Program-made: the position numbers and the translations under genes
Shown here: piece by piece, positions 44,497 through 59,898 of the stretch
Layout: every line of letters starts with the position of its first letter
Numbering within the stretch: the first letter of the stretch is position 1
Notes under the pieces: generated by a model
The model's database searches: none
What the model was told of the DNA's origin: nothing
What the model saw: only the letters and a program-made list of their open reading frames with translations
From: Rebecca billardiae RCC1528
Lineage: Eukaryota > Protista > Haptophyta
Assembly: GCA_965240325.2 (NCBI GenBank)
Contig: OZ251242.1
Span: 372,001 to 436,000, forward strand
Direction of reading: 5' to 3'
DNA length: 64,000 nucleotides

Positions 44497-44919
44497 TTAC
44501 TGCGGCTTTTCCAGCACCACGTTCACCGCCTCCGCGTACGCCTGCGCATCCTTCTGCGAGGCCGCCTTGAAGGTGACGGGCTTGGCGCCGTTCGAGAAGG
44601 TGAGAACAATCGACGTGCCATCTGCCCGCGCAGGCTTCATCGCGGCGAAGGAGAGCGTGTCGATGATCGTGCTCGAGCTCTCGGGCTTCGCAACCTGCAG
44701 CGACTCATCGTCGCCGGAGAGCATGACGACCCGCTTCTGGGGCATCAAACCAACCTTGAGCTTAAGGTGTGCCTCCTTGAGCACCGTCCGCGCCTTGATC
44801 ATGCGAGTGTCGTTGCGCGCCTTCTTTCCGCGGACGAAGCGGCTGATCGTCGTCGCCGCATCCTTGTCCTGCTTCGACGCCGTCACCGCGGGGGGGAAGA
44901 GGCAATCAAGGCAGCGCAT
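44497..44919 (-). CDS. Small IQ-motif + PH-like domain protein
   Basis: N-terminal MRCLDCLF (possible acylation), IQ-like AATTISRFVRGKKAR, PH-like LKEAHLKLK...KRVVML...VTFKAASQKDAQAYAEAV. Confidence 0.75.
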   Translation of the reverse strand: MRCLDCLFPPAVTASKQDKDAATTISRFVRGKKARNDTRMIKARTVLKEAHLKLKVGLMPQKRVVMLSGDDESLQVAKPESSSTIIDTLSFAAMKPARADGTSIVLTFSNGAKPVTFKAASQKDAQAYAEAVNVVLEKPQ

Positions 44920-46418
44920 CGTGCGAGCGTTGCGGGTCTCCGAAAGGGGTGGCCCTGCTTGCTGCTGCGGCTGTGGCGGCGCTGCTTTGAGAGCCGCTGC
45001 GCGTGTTTCTGAGTCGGCGATCTGTAGATCTGCCGCCGCCTTTGTTCCTGACGCGTGGTTGATTCGGCCCGCGCGGCTGTCCGGACGCGCATCCGAGCCT
45101 GATGATGTGAGTATGACCTGCCACTCATCAAGTCAGTCGCAACTGGGCATCTTACCCGCATACCAACGATATGCACGGGCACGAGGGTGGCAGTGGCTGT
45201 CATATCATCATCATCTATAAAGTTTGTATGAGCTCGCGTGAATCTCGTCGGATGAGTGCGCGCGAGGATGCACAACCACACGAACCGGCCCGCCGCACGG
45301 CTCCGGGGTGAGTTGGCATCTTGCAAGCGGACGCGCGGCCTCAACATCCCCCCAAAGAATGTCGTGCGATGTGGCGCCGCTCTCCCCGGTGCCTCGGGCT
45401 GGAGTCGTTCTGTCGGTGTCTTTGCGATCGTGTGTGCGCGTCGCATCGTGACCACGGGCACCTGCAGTGTTCTCAAGGGTCCACGCGGATTGGGCGCCAA
45501 CGTCAGAATCTCGTGCAGTCGCGGCTCGGCTCCCGGTGCCATAGCGGCTCCGAACGCCGTGCATGATGCAATATACAGACCGCGGTGGGCCTGCTGATCA
45601 TGAGCCGACTGGCCGACTCACCGCCGACCACGGCCGGCTGAGACTGGCGTCTGGCGGCCCGTCAGGTGTGAGGTGATGCAGGCCGCGCCCGGTAATGCAC
45701 TCATGCGGCCAGTAATGTACTCATTCCGCTGAGTGCCGCCGAATGGTCCCAGACGGCGCTCGGACTGAAGCCTGGCACCGGCAGCAGTCGGTCTGCTCAG
45801 TATGTCCGGGCGCACCGTGAGTGCCGGCCCGCGCGGACGGGCCCGAGCAGCCCGTCAGCAGTGAGCGGGCAGCACCATTTGGCGTTTATTCCGTTACGCG
45901 GAATATACGCGTCATCACGCCCGCGCCGATGAACAGACTTTGACCGCCCGCGCCGCAGTCATTCGGGCCGCGGTCCGGGCCGCCGGCGCGGCGCGGTACC
46001 GGGCACCGGCACGGCCCGGCCGGGCACCGTGACCGGACGGCCTGTGGCTGTGACACAGTAGTAATTGAGTAAAATTGTAGTGTCAACTCGGGGCGTAGTA
46101 ACTCGTAAGAGCCAATAAAGAGGCCGGCCGGCGTCGGGCGAATTATACTGACGATCGAGCAGTGTCCCACTACAGTCTCGATCTCTCTATATATATCAGA
46201 TATAGTCATAGATTATAGATCTGTGACGAGTCGTGAGCAGTTATGCCACTTATGGCCACCGACGGCAGTGCTCAGACGAGGGCTGACGAAGCAGCGCGGT
46301 CGGACTGCGCGGCTCGGGCTCGCCGACCGTCGGCCGGTCGCCTCCCGAGTGGCACAGAGTAGCTTACAACCGTCGTGATCCGCGCGCCGGATGCAGCCAA
46401 CGGACCAACGGTCGTCGC

Positions 46419-50072
<3,654 letters not shown>

Positions 50073-50562
50073 TGTCGTGGCGTGCGCGCACCGCGCGAGG
50101 CGCCGTGCGGAGGGGTGGCGTCGCACCCGTACGCGGACGAACGTTCGTGTCTCGGCGACCGAACACCAATCATGCCGCATCGACCCGGGATTCTCTCCGT
50201 TCGGCGAATCCGCGAGTACAAACTTCCCACAAATTTCCGGGCCCCGAACGTTCGGTGTACTACTACCACTATTGATTCATTGCGACGTCAGCTACTACGC
50301 TGTTCCATTTTCGTCAAACGACCTACGCTCATCAACTTTTGAAAGTGTTCGAACTCATACAATCCTTCAGGGAGATGGAAGCATCAAAGCACCAAGATGT
50401 CCAACAAAAACCGATCGAAAGGGTGATGTAGATATCTCTGTCTGAGCTGCGCTTCTCCTAGGTACATCCTGGTTTAACCTCCTCATTACGGTATTGGATG
50501 AGCGACTGACGGCAACAACTGTGATATCAGCCCAGAGAGTCAGAGAGATTCTCTCATACTGT

Positions 50563-50613
50563 ATCTCGCCTGCCTGAGCTGTGTGCGTCTCTTATTCTTA
50601 TTAGTAAACTGTA
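50563..50613 (-). repeat. ~45-bp dispersed element, last copy (solo)
   Basis: atctcgcctgcctgagctgtgtgcgtctcttattcttattagtaaactgta. Confidence 0.92.
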
Positions 50614-51449
50614 CTACTTCATAATCAACGAGGCGATTCCTCGGACCGTCGTCGGACGAGGACGTGCCTCTTCAGCCTCGCCGCGTTCGACAAGCGGCTG
50701 GTGCTCGTCGAGCCGCGCGCCATCGACTCGGGCGACGGGCACTTCGTGCTGCGCGGCCGGCGCCACCGGTACGAGAGCCCCATTGACTGTTGCCGTTGGG
50801 CACGGCTCGCGCCAGCCGCGCACTCTCGGCGCAGGCGCAGCGTGCCAGCCGCGCAGCGGCGGACTGATAGTGTCGGCCGACACTGCCCGGCGACGCAGTG
50901 CGGCAGGCGGCCCGAACAACGACACGAAGCTGGCTTAGCTCATCATCGCGGTGGAGACGCGCGATCCAGCCGGCGACCTCATCTTCGAGCAAGTGCACCA
51001 CGTGTGCGACTACTCGGAGCCGAGTCATCCCCGCCGTACTCGTACTATCAGTAGCGGCTTGCCGCAGACTAGTACAGGACTCGCGGCAAAGTGATGGACG
51101 GATTCATGAGATCTCTCTGAATCAGCCCGTCAGGCTGGCAATCAGTTTACGTACGGCATTATTTATAATTATATAATTATATAAGATTCTCAGAGCACCG
51201 TACTCTCTGCGCGCCCGTAACTGAGTCACACACTCTATCTATGTCTCGGACTCGGATGTCATCTGGCGGAGACAGTTACCGCCGGGTGATCCGCCGCGGT
51301 GTCCGCCACGGGCCCGGTTCACCCGATCATATGAGGCGCAGGCGCCGGCAGGCGGACGCCGGGTTCGCGGGCCGATACTCCCGCCTCCCGGTGACTCGGA
51401 CCGGGCCGGACGCCGGGTCTGCTGCCAGATATAGTTAGTACGCGGCATA

Positions 51450-51596
51450 TTGTCGGAGCCGGGTTGAAGAGCCCGGCGAAACGCGATGACTGAGCTATTT
51501 GCCATTGGCATTTGCCTTAAGGCTTAATCATTTGGCGGTTCGCGCGAACTGCAAATAGCTCAGTCGTTTCGGGCTGCTCTTCAACCCCTCCGACAA
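51450..51596. repeat. ~147-bp imperfect hairpin (MITE-like)
   Basis: ttgtcggag..gggttgaagagc..cgaaacg..gactgagctatttgc / gcaaatagctcagtcgtttcg..gctcttcaacccctccgacaa. Confidence 0.8.
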
Positions 51597-51764
51597 CAGC
51601 CAGATCCGCTGAGTGCCCGTCGGAGTGAGCATACTTACGGCTATCCGACTCCGACCGCGGACCGAGTAGTACTCACTGCGTACGCGTCTGCTGTCTGTAC
51701 GACGACACTTGAGACCTATAATAAGACCAGTCGATTTCAGACAGGGCCCACTATCGGGCGAAGT

Positions 51765-53024
51765 TCACACGCCTGAACCGTGAACGTCAGCGCCCGCGAG
51801 CCGGCGACCCACCGACCGACCCGCCCCGCCGGGCGCCGAGCGCGGCCGTGCCGGCGGCGTGCGCGAGCGGCCGGCTCCGCCGGCCGCCGGCCCCGCGGCC
51901 CCGGGCAGCGGCGGCGGCGCCGCGCGCCTGGCGGCCTCGGCTCGCGCGCCCGCGCCAGCGGCGACGCCGCTGCCCTCTCCCGCGCCCACCGCCTGCCGCA
52001 GCCATTCGAGCGGGTCGGCGGCGGCGAGCTCGAAGGACGGCGGCAGCGCCTCCATCCGCACGCTCAGCTGCATCCCCGCGTGCTCCGCCCACGGCTCCCC
52101 GCTCAGCGCCGGCGTCGTCGCGAGCTCGGCGCGCGCGCGCGCGATCGACACGAGCGCAGGCGTCGCCGACTTGCCGCGCTCCAGCGCGCGCGCTCGCGCT
52201 CGCGCCTCGCGCGCCTGCTCGTCGTCCTCGACGCCGAGGCCGTACAGGCCTGCGAGCTCGGCGCGCGTCCGCGCCTCGTCTCCCGCGCGCGCCGCGCGCG
52301 ACGCCTCGTCCAGCGCGCTCGCGATCAGGTCGTCGAGCGCGCTCGAGGCGCGGCGCGCGGCGCGGGACTCGCTCGCGTGCGCGCGCGCGGCCGCGGCGAG
52401 CGCCGCCGGGCCGTCCGCTGGCAGAAGCCCGTCGGCGGCGGCGGCGGAGGCGCGCGGCGACTGTGCCGCGCGGTACGGCGGCGCGGGCATCGCGCCCTCG
52501 CCGCGCTGCTCGGCGGCGCCGCCGCCCTGCGCCTCGCGCGCCGCGCGCGCGCGCGCGTCGATCACCGCCAGGGCGACCACTTGGCGCATGGCCGCGCGCC
52601 GGTCCGGCGAAGACTCTGCACGGCCGCGTCGGAACGTTCGTTGGATCCGGCTCGCGGCGTTGGCGGGCGAGAGCCGAGCCTCTTGGAAGGCGATGGCCGC
52701 GCGCTCTGCCTCCTCGCGCTCCGACATCTCCGACTCGCGCTCCGCCCACTCCTCCGTCGCCAGCCGCTGCCGATGCATCGCGATCGCGAGGCCGAGATCC
52801 GACCGACCTACCCACCGGCTCAGCACCTGCCTGCGCTGGCCGTCCGCCCAGCGCGCGCGCGTCGCGAGAGCCGGGCGTCGGCTCGGTGAGCGGGAGCGGC
52901 CGCTTGTGCCGCTCGCGCCGCCGGGCGACGGCTGCGCGTGCGGCCGCGGCGACGGCTGCGCGTGCGGCTGCGCTGTGCGCCGCGCGTGCGCGGCCGGCGC
53001 GTGCCGCGGCGGCTCGGCGGTGAC

Positions 53025-53060
<36 letters not shown>

Positions 53061-54020
53061 TGGAGGCGGTTCCAAGGAGGGCTGGCGGATGCGCAGTGGG
53101 CCGGCAGTGGATGGCACGCGCTCAGCGGCCGAGCGCGGCCGGGCGGACGTCGCGATCGAGCTCGACGCCGAGCTCGCCGGCGCGCGAGATGCGCCGCGCG
53201 CGCCGCGCGCGGACGCGGCCTGCGCCGCTTGCGGCGGCTGCGGCTGCGGCTGCGGCTGCGGCCGCGGCTGCGGCTGCGGCTGCGGCCGCGGCTGCGGCTG
53301 CGGCTGCGGCCGCGGCTGCGGCGCGGCGGCAGCCGATGCGCAGGAGTTGGCGCGGCTGCGCGGCGCCGGGGCGCGCGCGCCGAGCGCGTGCGCCGCGGGC
53401 GGCGCCGTGCACGCCGGCGCTGCGCCCTTCCTTCCACCGACGTCCCGCGCCGCGCCGCCGCCGCCGCCGCAGGCCGCGCCGCCAGCGGCCGTGCTCGCTG
53501 CGCCACCGCGCCGCGTCGGCACGCTCCCGTGCTGCTGCGCGCCGGCGGAGTCGCGCGCGGCCATGGCGGAGGGGCGCGATGGCTGGGCGTGGGCAGCGCG
53601 CGTGCACGCCGCGCTGCTTGGTGTGCACGCGCCGCCCTCGCTGCTGCGCCTTGGCCGCGCGGCGGCGGCGGCGGCGGCGGTGGCAGCGGCGGCAGCGGCG
53701 GCGGCAGCAAGCGGCGAGCGCTCAGCCGCGCCGCCCGCGCGGCATGAGCGCGCGGTGGACGCGCCGGATGGCCCGGGTATCCGGGGTATCCTCACGCCCG
53801 GGCTGCTCTGCCCGACGAGCACGGCCGACGACGGCGAGTCCAGCGTGCGAGAGGCGCGCGCGCCCGCGGGCACAGCCACGGCGGCAAGGAGCGCGTGCTG
53901 GCGAGCGACGAGCTCTGCGTAGGACGATGGCGGCGGCGGCGGCCCGTCGGGAGCGGCGTTCGCGGGCTGCGAGCGCACGAGCGAGCGGTCGGGCACGGCA
54001 GACCGGCGCTTCGCACCCAT
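51765..54020 (-). CDS. Low-complexity Ala/Pro/Arg-rich protein with one IQ-like motif; start uncertain
   Basis: C-terminal half of the 1311-aa track ORF: EEWAERESEMSEREEAERAAIAFQEARLSPANAASRIQRTFRRGR, plus a QP repeat. The upstream part of that ORF is the antisense shadow of 54460..56374. Confidence 0.6.
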
Positions 54021-54459
54021 CCCCACGCACCGGCGCGCGAGATGCGCGGCCGCCCTCGGCCCTCGGGGCGCCGAGCCTCGGGGCAGCCCTGCTGCGAGAC
54101 GTGCAGCTTGCTTTTCGTTCGCCTTTTCCTGTTCCGCTGCCCAGTGCCCGGCTCTGCAACAGCCGCCGCCGCCGTGGCGCGCAGGCAAGCACTGCGCACT
54201 TGCGCAGGCAAGCTCAACCGCAAAGCAGGCATGGTGAAAGTTGAAACGGCAGCAATGGCGGCTGCGCGCCCACAGCTTTTCAAGCAGAGGCCGGCTGCGC
54301 TGGGCCCGCGCGGCCGCTCTCGATCGGCGGCAGCACCAGGCACCGCGCCGTGGACGGCGGCCGTGTGGCCGCCGGCGCTCTCGAGGCGCGCGCGCTCCCG
54401 CCTCTCGGCACGCAGCGGCGAGGCATCCCTTCTCCGCCGCCGCCACCGCCGCGCCCGCC

Positions 54460-56374
54460 ATGCACCGCATCCACGGCGACCTGCTGACTCGCGCGTCGAC
54501 CGAGCGAGAGCTCAAGCAATTGCAGCAGCTGCTCACGCGCAAGGAGCGGCAGGCCGAGTCGCTGGGCGAGCGGCTGTACGACGCGGAGGCGGAGCGCGAC
54601 GAGCTCCTTGCCGAGGTCACGCAGCTCCGCGCCGCGCTCGACGACCTCGACGCGCGCGCGCACGAGGACGCGCGCGCGGCCGAGGAGGAGGCGGCTCGGC
54701 TGCGAACCGCGCTCGTCGAGACGGAGGACGACTTCATGGCGGAGCTCTCGCAGCTGCGCGCGCTGGTCAGCTCGTCGGCCGCCGCCTCGGACGACGAGCT
54801 CGCCGCCACGCGCGCCGAGGCTGACGTGCTCCGCTCGCAGCTCGACGCGGCGCGCTCACAACGAGACGGTTTCGCTGCCCGGCTAGGTCTTCCGCCCGGC
54901 TCGCCCGCGGCCGCGGCGGCGCTGGGCGGCGGCGGGGCGGAGGCGGCGCCGGGCGGCGCGGCGTTCAGCGCGGTGGAGGCGCGCGCCGCCGCCGACGCCG
55001 CCGCGCTCGCCGTGCAGGGCGCGCTCGGCCCCGAGCTGCGCGCGGCCGAGTCCCAGGCCGCGCGCGTGATGCGTCGGTGCGAGCGGCTGCTGCGCGCGGC
55101 CGCGGCCGAGGCCGAAGTCTCTGTCGAGGCGCTCGCGCGGGAGCTGGGCGAGGTGGACGGCGCGCTGGGGCACGCGCGCGCGGACGCGCACGCCGCGCGC
55201 GACGCCGCGCGCACCGCCGTCGCCCGCGCCGCCTCCTCGCCGCAGGCCGTCGCACTGAAGGAGATGGCGGCGGCACAGCGGCTGCTCGCGCGAGACCGGC
55301 AGTTATTGGCGTCGGAGCTCGAGAGCGCGCGCGCGCAGCTGGCGAGGGCGCACTCGGCGCCGGCGTCGCCGAGCGCGCGGAGGCGGGGCAGGGCGCACGT
55401 GCGCGCGGAGGGCTCGCCGCCCTCCCCCGGCTCGCCGCGCGGCTCGCCGCAGCCCTCGCCCTCCCCGACGGCCGCGTCCGCGGCCGAGGCCGCGGCGCTG
55501 GCGGCCGCGGCCGCGGCCGAGCGCGCGGCAGCCAGTGTCGAGGGGGGCGGCGCGGCGCGCGAGGCGGAGGGCTGGGACGCGGCGGCGGTGTTCGCGTCGC
55601 CGGAGCGGCGGCAGTGGCAGCGCGAGGTGCGCGCGCGCCCGCGCCGCGCCCGCGCTGCACCTGACGGCGACAGCGGCTGTCCGTGCGGCGCGCGACACAT
55701 GTTTTATCATGCTGCGCTACTGCTGCTGCGCGCGCGTGCGCGCACGCGCGCGCCCTGTGGTGGACGTGCGCGCCTGGTGTGATCACGCGCGGCGCGCCGC
55801 GCGCGCACAGGTGTACGAGCTGCAGAAGCAGATGCGCCGGCGCTCGATGGCGGAGCGCGGCGTGCGCGCCGCCGAGCGCGAGCGGAGCGCCTCGCCGCCG
55901 CAGAGCGAGCGAAGCCCGTCGCCGCTCGCCGCAGCCTTCCACGCGGAGGCGATGGCGGTGGCACGGGAGGCCGCCGAGGCGGCGCGCGGCGGCGGCGGCG
56001 CGCGCCGCCGTCTCGACTCGGCGTCGAGCTCGCCCGAGCGCTCGGGGCGCGGTGGCGTGGGGCTCTCCCCGCCGCCGTCCTCCGCGCGGCACGGCGGTGC
56101 CGACGACGAGCTCCGCGCGCGCGTCGGCCGCGCTGACTTCGATCGAGCGCGCCGCAGCATGGCCGCCGGCAGCGGTGCCAGCAGCCCGTCAGCCCGGCGC
56201 GGCGCCAGCGGCTCGCCGGGGGCGCAGCGGGCGGGCGCGGCGCGCGCCGTCGACCCTCGGCTCGACCGCACGCTGCCGCCCTCGCTGCGCCCGTCGCCGA
56301 CGACGCGCGCACCGGACTGGGCCAACGTGCGCAGCGGGAGGCCGCAGCACAGCCACACGCGCGGGCCCTCCTAG
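54460..56374 (+). CDS. Coiled-coil protein; join(54460..55626,55811..56374)
   Basis: Heptad-rich ERELKQLQQLLTRKERQAESLGERLYDAEAERDELLAEV. GT-AG intron at 55627..55810 gives QWQRE|VYELQKQM in frame. Confidence 0.75.
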
Positions 56375-57070
56375 TCCTGACCTCACTGCCGCACCGCCCG
56401 GCGGCCAGCCATGGGCATGCTGATCGGCGACGACAGTCTGCTGCTGCCAGCAGCCTGGATCAGCATGGGCTGCGCCTGGCATATGCTGACGTTGGCGATT
56501 CACGCGGTCCGGTCCCGGAGACCGGACCCGCCCGGTCTCGGTCTCGAGGCCTCTGGCGCAGCGATTCACTGCTACTCGACTACAGTCTGCAGCGACGACG
56601 CCGTAGGCGTATACTATAGTCAATAGCAGTAGTACGTAGCAGAGTCGCGATAAGCCTGCGCTTGGCCAGCAGCCTGCTTGCCAGCTTGCATCACATCCGG
56701 TCGGCCGGCCGCTGAGACCTGAGTGTAGTCGCGGTGTGCATGGGCGGCACGCCAGCTGCCAAAATGATCTCCGCCCGCCGCCACATAATATTAATAATGA
56801 TCTGATGAATCTGCGATGATCGATTATTCAGATCGATTTCAGTAGTTACTGATGAATTACTGATATATATATATTATATATATATATAATATCGTCAATA
56901 TAATGGAGCTTATATGACGAACTGGCACTTCTGACGCACGGGCACACGGTATTCTTCTAGTCGCGGCCCGCAAGCTGAAGCGGCAGCGGCCGTCGCCAGC
57001 GGGGGGCGGAGCGGAGCGCACCGTACCTCACGCGGCGCGCGGGTGCGCGCTGCGCGAGCCATGCATCTCG

Positions 57071-57480
57071 TCAGTCGTCACGCAGCAGGATGCCCTCGAT
57101 CCACCCCGACGCCCGGCGAGAAGGAGAACGCCGCGCACACGCAGCCGCCGCGGACCTCCCGTGCCAGCGTGCGAGGGCTCGGCGCGCGCGGCCGGTCTGT
57201 GTTGTCTCGCGCGCGCGCGGTCGTCGCCCCGGCACGCCGCTCGAATTTGCGCTGGAGCACGAACATGACGGAGGGCGACAGCATGTTGCCGTAGTCGGCG
57301 AGCACACATCCCACGAGTCCGCGTCGTCCTCATCCGACAGCCCCAGGCTCTCGCGCGACTGCTCGATGATGCGCGTGCCGCCCGGGTGCACGGCCCACTC
57401 GGTCACGTCCGCGCGGCCCATGCCGTGCCGCGCGAGCATCTCGTCGACGAAGGGGGCGACGCTCGACAGCAGCCAGCAGG
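57071..57480 (-). pseudogene. Type III polyketide synthase (chalcone-synthase family) C-terminal relic with two frameshifts
   Basis: WAVHPGGTRII (catalytic His), SWDV/LADYGNMLSPSVMFVL (catalytic Asn), AFSFSPGVGV/EGILLR. Frameshifts near 57305 and 57098; the N-terminal Cys half is absent. Confidence 0.85.
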
Positions 57481-57617
57481 GGCGGCGGCCCGGAGCCGGC
57501 GAGCCGCGCAGCCTACAGTACTTACACGGGGCGGCAGCGTGGTCGCTCGCGCGCCTCGCGCCTGAGCGGCTGCCAGACGTGATGCTGCTGACGACGGCCC
57601 GGCCTCGGTAGCAGGAG

Positions 57618-58283
57618 TCATCCCGCCTCTTCCAGCGCGCTCGGCGGCGGCGGCGCGAGCGCCGGGAAGTAGGCCTCGCGCAGCACCGCGCGCAGCGCGT
57701 CAGTGCCCTCGAAGCGCACAGCAGCGAGCCCCACCTCGCGCGCTGCCACCACGTTGCGCTCAGAGTCGTCCACGAAGAGGACGGTCTCGGGTGCGCGGCC
57801 CACGGCGGCGAGCGCCTTGCGGTACGCGTCGGGGTCGGGCTTGCGCACGCCCGCCTTGCCCGAGATGAACGCCCACGGGCCGACCACGCTCGAGAGCGCG
57901 CACGCCTCGTCGACGAGCGGCGCCCACGGTGCGGGGTAGTTTGAAAACAGCGCCATGGGCACGCCCTGCTCGCGCAGCTCGGTGCACAGCTCGCGCATGC
58001 CGTCGATCCAGCGGTAGTTCTCACGAAGGTGCGCCCGGACGCGCGCGCCGTCCACCGGCCGCCTGTCCTCGAAGTAGGTTCGCGTGCACTCGTCCTCGTC
58101 GATCAGGCCGAGCTCAAAGTTGATGAACGCGGAGTTGTCCTTCTCTGCGAAGAGCTGCTCGAGCGTCTCGCAGTCGAAGACGCTCTTGTGCATCCCGCGG
58201 AAGAAGGGGTCGACCACGAGCGTGTCCATCACGTCCCACAGCACCAGGCGCGGCTGCGCGAAGGCGCCCGAGAGCTGCACCAT
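57618..58283 (-). CDS. HAD-superfamily phosphatase similar to plant chloroplast FMN hydrolase (FHY1-like)
   Basis: LVLWDVMDTLVVDPF, FELGLIDEDE, YRWIDGMREL, FSNYP, GVRKPDPDAY, LFVDDSERNV. An alternative upstream ATG lies at 58366. Confidence 0.88.
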   Translation of the reverse strand: MVQLSGAFAQPRLVLWDVMDTLVVDPFFRGMHKSVFDCETLEQLFAEKDNSAFINFELGLIDEDECTRTYFEDRRPVDGARVRAHLRENYRWIDGMRELCTELREQGVPMALFSNYPAPWAPLVDEACALSSVVGPWAFISGKAGVRKPDPDAYRKALAAVGRAPETVLFVDDSERNVVAAREVGLAAVRFEGTDALRAVLREAYFPALAPPPPSALEEAG

Positions 58284-58494
58284 CGTGTCGAAGCGCGTGA
58301 GAATATATTGGCGAAAGGAGAAACCGAGTAGAAATCGCGCTATTTTCACGATGGCTGTCTTCCACATACCACCCGCTCCACGGGGTGTTGTACTGTTGTT
58401 CCGCCGCCAGGCGCCCCGCACAGCGGCTGGTGGCGGCAGGATGGCGATCAAGTGGCGCGTGGCCGACGTGCGGCCCGAGAGAAACGTGACTTGG

Positions 58495-59485
58495 GCGCCG
58501 CGCGCCGGGCTGGCGGGGTGGCCTGGACCCATGCGCGCCTTCGAACCCCCGGCGACCGCGCGCGCATCGGCTTCCTCCGCCTGCGAGTCGCCCGCGACCG
58601 CGCCCGCCGCCCGCTGGGAGTGGGTTGACCGCGCCCGAGCCTGCTCGCCGCCGAGCGCAGGGATGAGTTGAGCGCGGCGCGAGGCGGCGATCGCGATCGG
58701 GCGATCGCATGTGCCCACATGGGCCCCATCTGCCACGGCGCGACCGCTTCAGCATGCGTATGTGACCCCACTTGTCATGGTTGTCTCATGTCGGGTAGCA
58801 GGTGAGCACTGTCAGCCAGCGTGTCCGCGCGCGCGCGCGCAGGGCTCTGCGGGTCGGATGCCGCTCCGTGGCGTCTCGTGATGTCTGCACTACGCATACT
58901 GGGTGGCACGAGTGGTCCGCATCTGTAGTCATGTGGCGTCTGCTGATGCCGTGTTCGCGACGAGAACTCAAGCTAGCAAGTTCTTCTGGCAACCAGAGTT
59001 GCCGTCAGCATTGACGCACGTTGCGAGCTGGCAGTGCAGTGAAGGGCATGCCCTTGGTGGCCCACGCTGGGCAATACACGGCAATCGGCATGCCCTGATG
59101 CCAACTGTGACGTGTTTCCGACCCGTCTGGCCCTGCTCAGGTGCGGCGCGCGCGGACACGCTGGCTGACAGTGCTCACCTGCTACCCGACATGTGACAAC
59201 CATGACAAGTGGGGTCACATACGCATGCTGAAGCGGTCGCGCCGTGGCAGATGGGGCCCATATGGGCGCATGCGATCGCCCGACCACGATCGCCGCCTCG
59301 CGCCGCGCTCAACTCATCCCTGCGCTCGGCGGCGAGCAGGCTCGGGCGCGGTGAACCCACTCCCAGCGGGCGGCGGGCGCGGTCGCGGGCGACTCGCAGG
59401 CGGAGGAAGCCGATGCGCGCGCGGTCGCCGGGGGTTCGAAGGCGCGCATGGGTCCCTGCCGCCTCGCCAGCGCGGCGCGCGGCGC
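58495..59485. mobile_element. ~1-kb foldback element with ~340-bp inverted arms (58495-58833 and 59146-59485)
   Basis: Arms are near-identical reverse complements (mirror ORFs MGSHTHAEAVAPWQMGP on both strands). A diverged third copy lies at 16886. No clear TSD. Confidence 0.85.
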
Positions 59486-59898
59486 AAACAGCAACTCCTC
59501 GACAGCAGAGCGCGTGGACCCCCGCGACGTCGACGTCGCCCGCCCGCCCCCGCCCCTTCTCAACGGCCGCGGCCCCCCGCGTGCTCCCACTGTGGTCCGG
59601 GCGCTGATACGGTCGTGTCACGACCGTATCAGCTCCCGGACGTGTTCACACTAATCGCCCTTCGTGGAACGGGTGGTGTATGACCGTTGGTCGCGATCGG
59701 ATCGTTCAGTATGGGGGTACTGTAGCTAGTTTTTCGTCGGAACGCGTGCCCCTCCGCGGCATTGCCCGCGACTGACTGTCAACTGGTCCTCTAACAACTG
59801 GTAGAGCGCGGGTCTGCGCCAAGACCCCGGCGAGAGGAGATGCTCCAACAGGCTTACTGGGCTCTATCACGCTATAGACCTGCCCGCACCCAAGACGG

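Noticed and set aside
54021-55700. N-terminal ~560 aa of the 1311-aa minus-strand ORF
   Set aside because: It is the antisense of the plus-strand coiled-coil gene (SSRS/ASSS pattern).
58284-58736. Long N-terminal extension of the HAD ORF
   Set aside because: Beyond ~58366 it runs into the foldback arm and has no ATG.
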